Program-made: the position numbers and the translations under genes
Part shown: one piece after another, positions 16,720 to 25,343 of the stretch
How the letters are laid out: every line of letters begins with the position of its first letter
Numbering within the stretch: the first letter of the stretch is position 1
NCBI GenBank assembly: GCA_030765735.1
Contig: JAVCBZ010000051.1
Span: 1-43,808 of the forward strand
Length of the DNA: 43,808 nt
From: Candidatus Susulua stagnicola
GTDB lineage: Bacteria > Omnitrophota > Gorgyraeia > Duberdicusellales > 4484-171
Direction: 5' to 3'
Notes under the pieces: generated by a model
Database searches by the model: none
The model's input: the letters and a program-made list of their open reading frames with translations, nothing else
What the model was told of the DNA's origin: nothing

Positions 16720-18159
16720 ATGGAAAATAGTTTAGAAAAATATTTAATTGAGGCTGCCAATAGTGAGAAACAAGGGCTTTCTACTGATAATCCTTATTCT
16801 GGTATTGGCTTTGATGATGGAAAAGGTCGTTTAGGTTGGATTAGAACGATTCCTTTTTCAAAAATTAAAGAGTCTTTAGAGAATATAGCGTCTTTATTTT
16901 TAGATAAGAAGAATTTTATATTTGTTGGCATGGGTGGATCGATAAATGGTATTAAACCTCTGATCGCTCTATTCAAAGATAAACCTTTTTATACTATTGA
17001 CAATTTAGACCCTAAAGCCATCACTGAAGTATTAGCTAAAATTGATAAGCTTGAAGAAACAATGGTTATTTCTATTTCTAAATCAGGGACGACTAAAGAA
17101 ACTCAGCTTCTTTCATTGGCTTTAAGAGAAATATTCATTAATCGTTTAGGCAAAGATTCTTGGGTTAACAATTTTTTATGGATTAGTGATCGTGATTCTT
17201 TTGAAAAGCTTGATTCTTTAGGCTGGAAAGAGGCAAAAAAAGCATTGATACAATTCGATCAAGCTAACGATATTGGTGGCAGATTTGCTGCACCACACAC
17301 ACTTATCTTTTTTCTCCCAATGTTTTTATTACTTAATAAAGATTTTTCCGAATTAAAAGATTGTTATGATTCTTTTGTGAATTTAAAGCCAAAAATTCAA
17401 GAAAAAGCTTATTTAGCCTCTTGTGAATGCAAAGGACGGGAAGATGCATATTTTTCGCCACTTATTGTTGGTGGTCTGGATCAGTCATTTTCATCTTGGG
17501 TGGTTCAGCTTTTTCAAGAGTCCTTAGGCTCAAAGTTAAAAGATTTACCGGTAAAAACCTTGATAAATGTTGTTGAGGATAAAATTTTCTTTAGTCTTAA
17601 AATAGGCTTAGATATAGATAATCCGTTAGTATCATTGATTAGCCAGATGTATTTTTTCCAGGTTTTTATTGCTTATTATTCTGCGCAAAAAGAAATTAAT
17701 TTTGTTAGTCAAGGTTTTGTTGAGAAATATAAACAGCAAATGCGTATGCTAGAAGATAGTGGACAAAAGACCACTAATGGAAAAGAAGTTAATCTTGAGC
17801 ATGCAATTAATCAAGTAAAGGAGATTATCAAGCCTGAGCATTGTTTTGTTGAAGTTGTTCTTTATTTTTATCCTACTTCAGAGATAATAGAGTCAATACA
17901 AAGAGTAGTAAGCCAGAGTTTGCCAGGGAGGCGAGTACTAGTTTTTGTAGGGAGCGATTGGAATCATCAATCTTATCAGGCTGCCTTTGGGAGCAAAGAT
18001 ACTTTTTATCTTTTACTTACAGCATCGTCATATGATTCTGTGTTAAAGGAAGTATCTAAAAATACTTTAGAAAAAAATGTCGAAACACTTAAAGTAATTG
18101 CTGAGGCAACCTATCTTACCATTAAGGATAAAGCTCTTCTTTTTTCTTTTCAGACTTAA
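16720..18159 (+). CDS. pgi: Glucose-6-phosphate isomerase-like SIS-domain protein (divergent)
   Basis: FVGMGGSINGIKPL and ISKSGTTKET motifs at PGI-typical spacing. The C-terminal half is divergent. Confidence 0.65.
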   Translation: MENSLEKYLIEAANSEKQGLSTDNPYSGIGFDDGKGRLGWIRTIPFSKIKESLENIASLFLDKKNFIFVGMGGSINGIKPLIALFKDKPFYTIDNLDPKAITEVLAKIDKLEETMVISISKSGTTKETQLLSLALREIFINRLGKDSWVNNFLWISDRDSFEKLDSLGWKEAKKALIQFDQANDIGGRFAAPHTLIFFLPMFLLLNKDFSELKDCYDSFVNLKPKIQEKAYLASCECKGREDAYFSPLIVGGLDQSFSSWVVQLFQESLGSKLKDLPVKTLINVVEDKIFFSLKIGLDIDNPLVSLISQMYFFQVFIAYYSAQKEINFVSQGFVEKYKQQMRMLEDSGQKTTNGKEVNLEHAINQVKEIIKPEHCFVEVVLYFYPTSEIIESIQRVVSQSLPGRRVLVFVGSDWNHQSYQAAFGSKDTFYLLLTASSYDSVLKEVSKNTLEKNVETLKVIAEATYLTIKDKALLFSFQT

Positions 18160-18183
18160 GTTTTTTACTTTTTAGTGATGCTT

Positions 18184-18237
18184 GACCCGTTAGAAGTTTT
18201 GTTTTTTTTCATTTGAGTTTGATACTTCTAACGGGTC
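18184..18237. repeat. 14-bp inverted repeat GACCCGTTAGAAGT / ACTTCTAACGGGTC with a 26-nt T-rich loop
   Basis: Read directly. It shares the core CCCGTTAGA...TCTAACGGG with the rsmA terminator at 40424-40455. It may terminate pgi. Confidence 0.6.
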
Positions 18238-18266
18238 TTGAAAAAACAAATATTTTGTGGTAATAT
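18238..18266 (+). promoter_or_regulatory. Putative promoter of pta-ackA (TTGAAA-17-TAATAT)
   Basis: Hexamers at 18238-18243 and 18261-18266, with a TG two bases upstream of the -10. Confidence 0.5.
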
Positions 18267-18323
18267 TCATTTTTGCATAGAGTATTGTAAAGATGAATTT
18301 ATGAGTAAAAAGGAGAAAGTATT

Positions 18324-19289
18324 ATGGATAGTATTGTTAATAAAATAAGAGAAATAGCTAAAAGTAACTCTAAAGTAATTGTTTTTCCTGAAGCTGATGA
18401 TGAAAGAGTCCTTGAAGCTGTAGAACGAATAAAAGAAGAAGGAATTGCCAAGCCTTTATTGCTTACTCAAGATAATCTTGATCCGGAAAAGCAAGAGGAA
18501 TTTGCCAATCTTTTTTTTGAGCGCAAACAAGTCAAAGGAGTTACTTTTGAAGAAGCTCGAGAATTAATGGAAAATCCGCTTTATTATGCGGCAATGATGG
18601 CTCGTTATGGTTATGCTGATGGTTTTGTTGCTGGAGCAAAATACACTACTTCTTCAGTGGTGCGAGCAGCGCTTAATTGCTTGCAGCTAGATAAAGAAGT
18701 AAGGATTGTTTCAAGTTGTTTTATCATGGCAGTTCCTGATTGTGTTTATGGAGAAAAAGGGGTTTTCGTTTATGCTGATTGTGGAGTAATACCTTATCCA
18801 ACAAGTGAACAGCTTGCAAATATTGCAATTTCTAGTGCACGTTTTGCTAGAGATGTTTTGGAGATTACGCCTCGGGTTGCTCTTCTGAGTTTTTCTACTA
18901 AAGGGAGTGCTGAAGGAAGATGGGTTGATAAGATAAAAGAAGCTGTTGAAATTGCTAATGCAAAGAATAATGATTTTTTAATTGATGGAGAATTACAAGG
19001 GGATAGCGCTTTGGTGCCGGAAATTGCTTCTAGGAAATTAGGCGAAAGTAAAGTTGCAGGTCAGGCAAATGTTCTGATTTTTCCAAATTTAGATGCCGGT
19101 AATATTTGCTATAAATTAACTCAACGTCTTGCTAAAGCTAGGGCTATTGGCCCGATAATTATAGGTACAAAACAGCCATGTAGTGATTTATCTCGAGGTT
19201 GCGATGTGGAAGATATCATAGATTGTACAGCGGTATGTGTAATTAGAGCCCAGAAGCGGGAAAAAGCTGAGGCCAACAACAGCCTATGA
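18324..19289 (+). CDS. pta: Phosphate acetyltransferase (PTA_PTB domain only)
   Basis: VFPEADDERVLEA... and SDLSRGCDVEDI; ~320 aa. ATGA overlap with ackA. Confidence 0.9.
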   Translation: MDSIVNKIREIAKSNSKVIVFPEADDERVLEAVERIKEEGIAKPLLLTQDNLDPEKQEEFANLFFERKQVKGVTFEEARELMENPLYYAAMMARYGYADGFVAGAKYTTSSVVRAALNCLQLDKEVRIVSSCFIMAVPDCVYGEKGVFVYADCGVIPYPTSEQLANIAISSARFARDVLEITPRVALLSFSTKGSAEGRWVDKIKEAVEIANAKNNDFLIDGELQGDSALVPEIASRKLGESKVAGQANVLIFPNLDAGNICYKLTQRLAKARAIGPIIIGTKQPCSDLSRGCDVEDIIDCTAVCVIRAQKREKAEANNSL

Positions 19290-20374
19290 AAATTTTGATT
19301 GTCAATTGTGGCAGTTCCTCGATAAAGTATAAACTTTATGATTTTCCTTCAAATTCTCTTCTTGTTAAAGGTGTTATTGAGAGAATTGGCGAAACAAAAT
19401 CTCAAGTTCAAAATCATCACCAAGGAATAAAAGTTCTAGTAGAGGATATCCTCAATAAAGGGGTGGTCACTAATTTAAATGAAATCTCTGCTATTGGTCA
19501 CAGGGTTGTCCATGGAGGGGAAACTTTTACTCAACCGCATTTAATTGATGCCAAAGTAATAAAAAAGATAGAAGAATGTGCACAATTGGCTCCTTTACAC
19601 AATCCAGTAAATTTGGCTGGAATTATCGGTTGTCGAAAACTTTTTCCTCGTATACCACAAGTAGCTGTGTTTGACACTGCTTTTCATCAGACTATTCCTG
19701 AATATGCCTTTATGTATCCTTTACCAATTGAATATTATAAAAAATATAAAATACGAAAGTATGGTTTTCATGGCACTTCTCATCAATTTATTGCCACAGA
19801 AGCTGCTAAGATTTTGAAAAAGCCTTTAAACAAATTACGTTTAATCACCTGTCACTTGGGGAATGGATGTAGTGTCGCTGCTATTGATAAAGGCAAATCT
19901 ATAGATACTTCAATGGGATTCACTCCTCTTGAAGGTTTAATGATGGGCACACGTTCTGGTGATGTTGATATTGCGGCAATTTTTTATCTTATGAAAAAAG
20001 AAAATTTTTCAGTTTCTGAGATGGATAATATCTTAAATAAAAAAAGTGGAATTTTAGGAATTTTTGGTTCAAGTAATGATTTTCGTGCTTTGAAAAAAGC
20101 TGCAAAAGCCGGAAATTCTAGAGCTAAGCTAGCTTATGAGATGTTTATCTATAGGCTTAAGAAGTATATAGGTGCTTATTACTTTATTTTAGGGCGACCC
20201 GATGCAATATGCATTACTGGTGGCATTGGTGAACATTCAAATCAAATTGATAGTATTACAAAAAAGGATATTTTAAAAATTGGTGATAAAAAAACTAAAG
20301 TTTTAGTTATCCCAACTGATGAAGAATTGATGATTGCTAATTTAACTTACGAATTATTAAAAAAAAAGGGGTGA
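19286..20374 (+). CDS. ackA: Acetate kinase (compact, 362 aa)
   Basis: ILIVNCGSSSIKYKLY, GHRVVHGG, LAPLHNP, FDTAFH, YGFHGTSH, GTRSGD and IPTDEELMIA are all present. It is about 40 aa shorter than the paralog at 27181. Confidence 0.9.
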   Translation: MKILIVNCGSSSIKYKLYDFPSNSLLVKGVIERIGETKSQVQNHHQGIKVLVEDILNKGVVTNLNEISAIGHRVVHGGETFTQPHLIDAKVIKKIEECAQLAPLHNPVNLAGIIGCRKLFPRIPQVAVFDTAFHQTIPEYAFMYPLPIEYYKKYKIRKYGFHGTSHQFIATEAAKILKKPLNKLRLITCHLGNGCSVAAIDKGKSIDTSMGFTPLEGLMMGTRSGDVDIAAIFYLMKKENFSVSEMDNILNKKSGILGIFGSSNDFRALKKAAKAGNSRAKLAYEMFIYRLKKYIGAYYFILGRPDAICITGGIGEHSNQIDSITKKDILKIGDKKTKVLVIPTDEELMIANLTYELLKKKG

Positions 20375-20487
20375 ATTTTAGTAAAAATTAAACAGATAAG
20401 GTACTTCGGGAACTTTCGTTCTCTCAGTATCAATTCGATCTAGCATTTTTTCAAAGAAAAAGTGCTGATCTCATTGAGGAGAAAACA

Positions 20488-20850
20488 ATGATGAGAACAA
20501 TGCTTAAATCAAAAATTTCTTATGCGGTCGTAAATGATGCTCAACTTTATTATAAGGGTAGTATTACTATTGATGAGAGTATAATGGAAGTTGCTGACTT
20601 AAAACAAGGCGAGAAAGTAGACGTTCTAAACCTTAACAATGGTGTACGATTACAGACCTATGTTATTAAGGGCATCAAGAATAGTGGTGTAATTTGTCTC
20701 AATGGTCCAGCTGCTCGATTAGGATTCAAGGGGGATAAGATTGTAATTATTTCTTATGGATTGTATCAAGAAGAAGAACTGGATAAGTTAAAAGGAAAAT
20801 ACGTAGAAGTAGATGAACAAAACAAAATTAAAAATACATACTTGGCCTGA
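20488..20850 (+). CDS. panD: Aspartate 1-decarboxylase proenzyme
   Basis: MLKSKI..A.V....L.YKGSITID with the Gly-Ser self-cleavage site; ~120 aa. Confidence 0.9.
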   Translation: MMRTMLKSKISYAVVNDAQLYYKGSITIDESIMEVADLKQGEKVDVLNLNNGVRLQTYVIKGIKNSGVICLNGPAARLGFKGDKIVIISYGLYQEEELDKLKGKYVEVDEQNKIKNTYLA

Positions 20851-21328
20851 AGATATTTTGCGCAATAGATGCAAAAAAATAGATAAAGTGGATGAAAAGA
20901 TTAAATATCTGCTTGATGAAATGCTTTGCTTAATGAGGATTAGCGGAGGTGCTGGTTTAGCTGGAAATCAAGCTGGTTTGGATTTAAGTTTGATTGTTAT
21001 CGAAATTGAAAATCGTGTTTTTAAATTGATTAATCCTGAAATTATAAAAAGAGAAGGTTCAGTAAGTTTTGCTGAAGGATGTTTGAGCTTTCCAGGTTTA
21101 GAACTTGAGCCAAAAAGAAATAAAAAGGTTTGGGTCTCAGCTCTTGATCAAGAGGGCAAACCGGTAAAGATAGAGGCTGAAGGTTTTTTAGCGGTTGCTT
21201 TTCAACATGAAATTGATCATATTAAAGGAATAACTTTTATCAATAGAGTTTCTTTTTGGAGCAGAGTAAAAGCTTATCCTAAATTACGAAAAATTATTCA
21301 AAAAACAAAAGATGAGCTGCGAAAATAA
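20813..21328 (+). CDS. def: Peptide deformylase
   Basis: [14 protein letters not shown] and HEIDH motifs. The only in-frame ATG gives a 38-nt overlap with panD. Confidence 0.9.
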   Translation: MNKTKLKIHTWPEDILRNRCKKIDKVDEKIKYLLDEMLCLMRISGGAGLAGNQAGLDLSLIVIEIENRVFKLINPEIIKREGSVSFAEGCLSFPGLELEPKRNKKVWVSALDQEGKPVKIEAEGFLAVAFQHEIDHIKGITFINRVSFWSRVKAYPKLRKIIQKTKDELRK

Positions 21329-21383
21329 AAAGAAGAATACAAAAAAAGTTTGTAATATTTTGTAAAATTGGAGTAAATAAGAT

Positions 21384-22313
21384 ATGAAAAAAGAAATTGA
21401 ATTAGCTATAATTGGTGGTGGTATTGCTGGAGTAGCGGCAGCAGTTTATGCAAAGCGTGCTGGGCTAGAATTTAATATTTTTGAAGCTGGTGGCATTGGT
21501 GGACAATTATTACTAATGGAAGGTATTGATAATTATGTAGGATTAAAAATGGGTATTAAAGGTAGAGAATTAGCTGATAATTTAATTAAAACTTTAGAGG
21601 ATTTAGAAATAAGTATTACTAATGAAGAAATCTTAAAAGTTGAGTTAGAAGATAAAAAGGTTATTTTAGATACAGAAAAATGTCTTTATTCTGCTAAAGG
21701 AATTATTATTGCTACTGGAGCAAAATTTGCAAAATTAGGATTTAAGGGAGAAGGTGAATTTTTAGGTAAAGGAGTATCTTATTGTGCTGTCTGTGATGGT
21801 TTTTTCTTTAAAGGTAAGGATGTAACAGTTGTTGGTGGAGGTAATACTGCTGTAGAAGAAGCTTTGTATCTTGCTGAAATTGCTAATAAAGTTACTATGG
21901 TTCATCGTCGTAATGAATTGAGAGCTATGGAATATTTAAAAAAGCAACTTTTAGCTAAAGACAACATAGAAGTCATTTTTGATAGTGTCGTTAAAGAAGC
22001 CAGGGGTGATAATTTGCTTAAAGAGTTAATCATTGAAGATGTTAATAATGGAAAAAGTAAAACTCTAACTACAGCCGGATTGTTTGTGGCCATTGGTATT
22101 AAACCCAATACCGAATTATTCAAAGATATTGTTTTAGATAAAAAAGGATTTGTTCTCACCAACGAAGAGATGCAGAGTTCAACTAATTTTATTTGGGCTT
22201 GTGGTGATTGTCGAGCTAGGCCTTTAAAACAATTAATAACTGCGGCCTCTGATGGTGCAATCGCTGCACTTAGTGCTTATAAGTACTTTAAAGGACATTA
22301 TGTAAGCGTTTAG
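21384..22313 (+). CDS. trxB: Thioredoxin-disulfide reductase
   Basis: GGGIAG FAD motif, redox CAVCDG, and a GGGNTAVEEA NADPH motif. Confidence 0.9.
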   Translation: MKKEIELAIIGGGIAGVAAAVYAKRAGLEFNIFEAGGIGGQLLLMEGIDNYVGLKMGIKGRELADNLIKTLEDLEISITNEEILKVELEDKKVILDTEKCLYSAKGIIIATGAKFAKLGFKGEGEFLGKGVSYCAVCDGFFFKGKDVTVVGGGNTAVEEALYLAEIANKVTMVHRRNELRAMEYLKKQLLAKDNIEVIFDSVVKEARGDNLLKELIIEDVNNGKSKTLTTAGLFVAIGIKPNTELFKDIVLDKKGFVLTNEEMQSSTNFIWACGDCRARPLKQLITAASDGAIAALSAYKYFKGHYVSV

Positions 22314-22320
22314 GAATAGA

Positions 22321-23298
22321 GTGAAAGCAAAAATATTTTTTTTATTTAGGCTTCTAGCAACAGCAGCAATTTTGTTTGCACTTTTTAAATTTATTCCCTA
22401 TGAAAGAATAGTTTTAGTTTATAAGGATTCTAAGAAGGGTTACCTTGTTTTGGGTTTTCTAATTCTTTTTCTTTGTCAAACAATTGGTATATTTAGATGG
22501 AAATTTCTATTATCTTCTTTAGGGGTTAATATTTCCATCTCTGAAGCATTCTATACATATTTTTGTGGTCTTTTTTTGAATCTTTTTTTTCCATCTTTTG
22601 TTGCTGGAGATGTCTTCAGAAGTTATTGCATATCTTATCGATATGGTGATACTGGAAAAGTTGCATCGTCAGTACTTATGGATAGGTTCAGTGGAGGGAT
22701 AGCACTAACCTTAATTGCTCTTATTGCTTTTATTTTTGGGAAAAATATTGTACCTAGTGCCGGAGTTGGTGTTGCTTTATTTATTCTTTGTGCGATTGCT
22801 AGTTTTTCATCTCTTGTAATATTTAGTAAATCATTTTTTCGATCTTTAGTTAAAATATTTAAAAAGAAACCACGTTTTGAAGAAAAACTAATATCTTTTC
22901 ATGGTAAGTTATACTTTTTTAAAAAAAATCCTAAAGTTTTTGTTAAAAGCTTCCTTTTTTCCTTACCGATTCAACTTTTGGGAGCAGTAGCTTTTTTTGT
23001 TATATCTAGAGCTTTTGGCTTAAGTTTGAATCTTATCTATTTCTTTATTGTAATTCCGATTATTACAGCGATTGTTCTTGTTCCAATTACAATTGCTGGT
23101 GCTGGTATGAGAGAGGCTTCAGTTGTTTATTTCTTTTCATTAGTTGGAATTGAGGAGAGTGTTAGCATGGGCATGTCTTTGGTTAATTTAATTTTTTTAA
23201 TATCTATGGGAATTATTGGGGGAATTTTTTATGTTAGTATACATCATCGATGGCTTCAATCTCGTTTACCAGATAAAGGGTCTCAAAGCCTTAATTAA
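22321..23298 (+). CDS. Flippase-like / lysyl-PG-synthase-TM (UPF0104) family integral membrane protein
   Basis: About 8 TM segments, RWKFLL near TM2, ~325 aa. GTG start. Confidence 0.55.
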   Translation: MKAKIFFLFRLLATAAILFALFKFIPYERIVLVYKDSKKGYLVLGFLILFLCQTIGIFRWKFLLSSLGVNISISEAFYTYFCGLFLNLFFPSFVAGDVFRSYCISYRYGDTGKVASSVLMDRFSGGIALTLIALIAFIFGKNIVPSAGVGVALFILCAIASFSSLVIFSKSFFRSLVKIFKKKPRFEEKLISFHGKLYFFKKNPKVFVKSFLFSLPIQLLGAVAFFVISRAFGLSLNLIYFFIVIPIITAIVLVPITIAGAGMREASVVYFFSLVGIEESVSMGMSLVNLIFLISMGIIGGIFYVSIHHRWLQSRLPDKGSQSLN

Positions 23299-23692
23299 TC
23301 CGCACATAGGCCTTATTGACTATATTAGAAATAATAAGTTAAGTGGAAGTCACAACAATCAAGTTGTAATTGTTTTTGATGGAGCCCCAAATTTAGAAGC
23401 AATAGAGCGTAGAGGCAAATTTGAGTTGTTGTTTAGTAATCAGGGCTCAGCCGATGATTTAATTGTAAACCGAATAAGAAAAATAAAGAATAAAAAACAA
23501 GTTGTAATGGTAAGCAATGATTGTCAATTGCGCGATTTAGTACGTAATCTTGGGGCAGCAGTTTGTTGGGTAAAGGACTTTATCTTTTCAAAAAAGAGGA
23601 CAATAGAAAAAGAAGAGAATCAGAAAGACATTAGTCCAGAGCTTAAAGATGAAATTACTCAAGAAATGCGTAAAATATGGTTAAAGGAATAA
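23231..23692 (+). CDS. NYN-domain (YacP/Rae1-like) putative ribonuclease
   Basis: YIIDGFNL...VVIVFDG...SADDLIV...VVMVSNDCQLRDLVRNLGA. The ATG at 23231 after GGGGGA is preferred to the TTG at 23216. Overlaps the upstream gene by 68 nt. Confidence 0.6.
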   Translation: MLVYIIDGFNLVYQIKGLKALINPHIGLIDYIRNNKLSGSHNNQVVIVFDGAPNLEAIERRGKFELLFSNQGSADDLIVNRIRKIKNKKQVVMVSNDCQLRDLVRNLGAAVCWVKDFIFSKKRTIEKEENQKDISPELKDEITQEMRKIWLKE

Positions 23693-23696
23693 AAGT

Positions 23697-24452
23697 ATGG
23701 GATTTATAAAATTTTTAGGTACTGCTGGAGGCCGTTTTGTGGTGATGAAACAGCTAAGAGCATCAGGAGGAATTTGGTTACAATATAAAGATACCAATGT
23801 CTTCATTGATCCTGGTCCGGGTGCGCTTGTTAAGTGCTGTAGTTCTAGGCCGAAACTTAATCCAGGAAGCTTAGATGCTATCATCTTAACTCATAAGCAT
23901 TTAGATCATAGTAATGATTTAAACGTAATGATTGAGGCGATGACAGAAGGAGGGTTTAAGAAAAGAGGTTTGGTATTTACACCAACAGATGCCTTAGGTG
24001 AGGGCGGAGTAGTACATTCTTATCTTATGGAACATCCTAAGGAAATTAAGCTTTTAAAGAAGGGAAAATTTGAAGTAAGGGATATAAATTTCGAAGTTCC
24101 GATTAAAAATATTCATTCAGTCGAAACCTATGGGTTAAAATTTTATTTAGGAGATGAGATAGTCTCCTTTGTTTCTGATACTAAGTATTTTGATGGTTTA
24201 ATTGATGCTTATAAAGATTCTACTATTCTTATACTTAATGTAGTTTTTTATAAGAGGCGTGATGAGTTTGAACATTTATGTTTAGAAGATGCGATAGAAA
24301 TTATTCGAGATATTAATCCTAAAAAAGCAATTTTAACTCATTTTGGTATGAGTATGCTAAAGGAGAAGCCACATCTTCTAGAAGAAAAAATAAATACTCA
24401 GCTTAAGCAAAATGTAAAATTTGCTAATGATGGCTTTAGTCTTGAGTTTTAG
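23697..24452 (+). CDS. MBL-fold metallo-hydrolase
   Basis: THKHLDHSND (HxHxDH motif); ~250 aa. Confidence 0.75.
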   Translation: MGFIKFLGTAGGRFVVMKQLRASGGIWLQYKDTNVFIDPGPGALVKCCSSRPKLNPGSLDAIILTHKHLDHSNDLNVMIEAMTEGGFKKRGLVFTPTDALGEGGVVHSYLMEHPKEIKLLKKGKFEVRDINFEVPIKNIHSVETYGLKFYLGDEIVSFVSDTKYFDGLIDAYKDSTILILNVVFYKRRDEFEHLCLEDAIEIIRDINPKKAILTHFGMSMLKEKPHLLEEKINTQLKQNVKFANDGFSLEF

Positions 24453-24556
24453 TTGTGCAGATTGTAATCACAAGTGCAAAAGTCAAAGCGCAAAAATAAT
24501 ACCCTCAAAGCTAGAAATTAACAGAGAATCGAAAATCAAAATCTAAAAATAGCAAT

Positions 24557-24579
24557 AAAGGGGTCAACTCCCTTTTTTT
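24557..24579 (+). terminator. Hairpin AAAGGGGTCAACTCCCTTT plus T7 (copy 2 of the repeated hairpin element)
   Basis: Identical 19-mer to 1768-1786. Followed by TTTTTTT, downstream of the MBL hydrolase gene. Confidence 0.7.
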
Positions 24580-24594
24580 CTCCGCAATCTAATG

Positions 24595-24660
24595 GCGGTT
24601 TAGGATTCGCCTAAACCGCTCTTCCCGGTTAGGCCTCGGTGTAGGCGAATCCTAAACCGG
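24595..24660. repeat. GC-rich nested palindrome doublet (REPIN-like)
   Basis: Hairpin A is GCGGTTTAGG-ATTCG-CCTAAACCGC (24595-24619). A second, inverted partial copy, TAGGCGAATCCTAAACCGG, sits at 24642-24660. Segment 24597-24611 is the exact reverse complement of 24644-24658 (15 bp), so alternative folds are possible. Confidence 0.8.
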
Positions 24661-24786
24661 GTTGTCAGGCTAAGAACTGGCAGAGGGTTAGCGGTAGGTA
24701 GAGATAAATTCATAAAACAATTAGTAAATAAGCTAAAAAGGCTTTTTAAAATGCTTAAACAAGAGTGGTCGAGGAAGGGGGCTTAA

Positions 24787-24805
24787 AAAGGGAGTTGACC
24801 CCTTT
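24787..24805 (-). repeat. Copy 3 of the 19-nt hairpin element, inverted orientation
   Basis: AAAGGGAGTTGACCCCTTT is the exact reverse complement of the 19-mer at 24557-24575. Confidence 0.9.
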
Positions 24806-24851
24806 CCTTTATTTTAAAAACCCTCTGAAAAATTAGTTTTAACAGAGGCCT

Positions 24852-24898
24852 AAAAGGGACATTTCTAAATGTGCAAAAAAGGGACATTTTTAAATGTG
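24852..24898. promoter_or_regulatory. Two tandem 22-nt units, each with a 14-bp palindrome (operator-like)
   Basis: AAAAGGGACATTTCTAAATGTG (24852-24873) and AAAAGGGACATTTTTAAATGTG (24877-24898). The period is 25 nt. ACATTT-NN-AAATGT is palindromic, and the array ends at a TTGACA (24900-24905). Confidence 0.55.
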
Positions 24899-24981
24899 GT
24901 TGACAGAATAGATATTTTGAGTTGAATATTTTCGCAATATGAGTTACAATTCACCCTTGAGGTTTAGTTGTAAAAATTAAA

Positions 24982-25009
24982 TTGACATCTTCGGGTTTAT
25001 AGATACAAT
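24982..25009 (+). promoter_or_regulatory. Near-consensus sigma-70 promoter of tRNA-Glu (TTGACA-16-TACAAT)
   Basis: The -35 is at 24982-24987 and the -10 at 25004-25009. The tRNA starts at 25020. Confidence 0.65.
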
Positions 25010-25019
25010 TATAAAACAT

Positions 25020-25097
25020 GGCCCCATCGTCTAGCACGGTCTAGGACATATGGTTCTCAGCCATAAGACACCGGTTCAAATCCGGTTGGGGCTACCA
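25020..25097 (+). tRNA. tRNA-Glu (anticodon CUC), with encoded CCA
   Basis: Hand-folded cloverleaf. The acceptor stem is GGCCCCA/TGGGGCT (G1-U72) and the D-arm is GTCTAG..AGGAC. The anticodon stem TATGG/CCATA carries the loop TTCTCAG. A 4-nt variable loop is followed by the T-arm ACCGG-TTCAAAT-CCGGT, discriminator A and CCA. It closely parallels E. coli tRNA-Glu. Confidence 0.9.
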
Positions 25098-25294
25098 ATA
25101 ATTTAAAGAGAGGATAGATACAGTTCTGATTGGTTTAGTTGGCTATAGCCTTATCGTTGTTGTTATGTTTTAAAGATCCTGGTATTACTTTCCAATAATG
25201 CTATTAATCTTACAGTTTTTCCTTTGGTACGTAGATTTCTATGGAAACTCTTGTTAAGCCTTGATTAATATTTTATTAATTTATTAATTAATAC

Positions 25295-25323
25295 TTGACA
25301 TGACAGATTCTATGATGTATACT
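25295..25323 (+). promoter_or_regulatory. Promoter of the XRE-cupin module (TTGACA-17-TATACT)
   Basis: Hexamers at 25295-25300 and 25318-25323. Preceded by an ATTAAT-rich stretch (25264-25293) and followed by a GGAGG RBS. Confidence 0.6.
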
Positions 25324-25343
25324 TTCTTTGGAGGTTAGAAAAG

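Noticed and set aside
20375-20487. Riboswitch or structured leader upstream of panD
   Set aside because: Only an imperfect AT-rich hairpin (TAGCATTTTTT...AAAAAGTGCT) is visible, with no recognisable conserved core.
24430-24546. 38-codon + strand ORF overlapping the MBL hydrolase stop (MALVLSFSCADCNHKCKSQ...)
   Set aside because: No RBS and no recognisable family. The Cys spacing alone is insufficient.
24600-24713. 37-codon minus-strand ORF (MNLSLPTANPLPVLSLTTRFRIRLHRGLTGKSGLGES) inside the GC-rich element
   Set aside because: No RBS. Its sequence is dictated by the palindromes, so it is most likely non-coding.
24580-24720. Known housekeeping RNA (SRP/4.5S, tmRNA, RNase P, 6S) or a riboswitch in the GC-rich intergenic core
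   Set aside because: I looked for the SRP domain IV motif (GGAA tetraloop with AGCA/CAGG), the tmRNA tRNA-like ends, the RNase P GAGGAAAGUCC block and the common riboswitch cores. I found none. A covariance-model scan is still needed.
24852-24898. Possible CRISPR array
   Set aside because: There are only two 22-nt units with a 3-nt spacer, and no cas genes. This geometry fits operators or tandem palindromes, not repeat-spacer structure.
24900-24928. Promoter formed by the TTGACA at 24900 with a -10 element 17 nt downstream
   Set aside because: The hexamer at the -10 position is TGAATA, a poor match. The downstream pairs at 24922-24950 and 24982-25009 are better.
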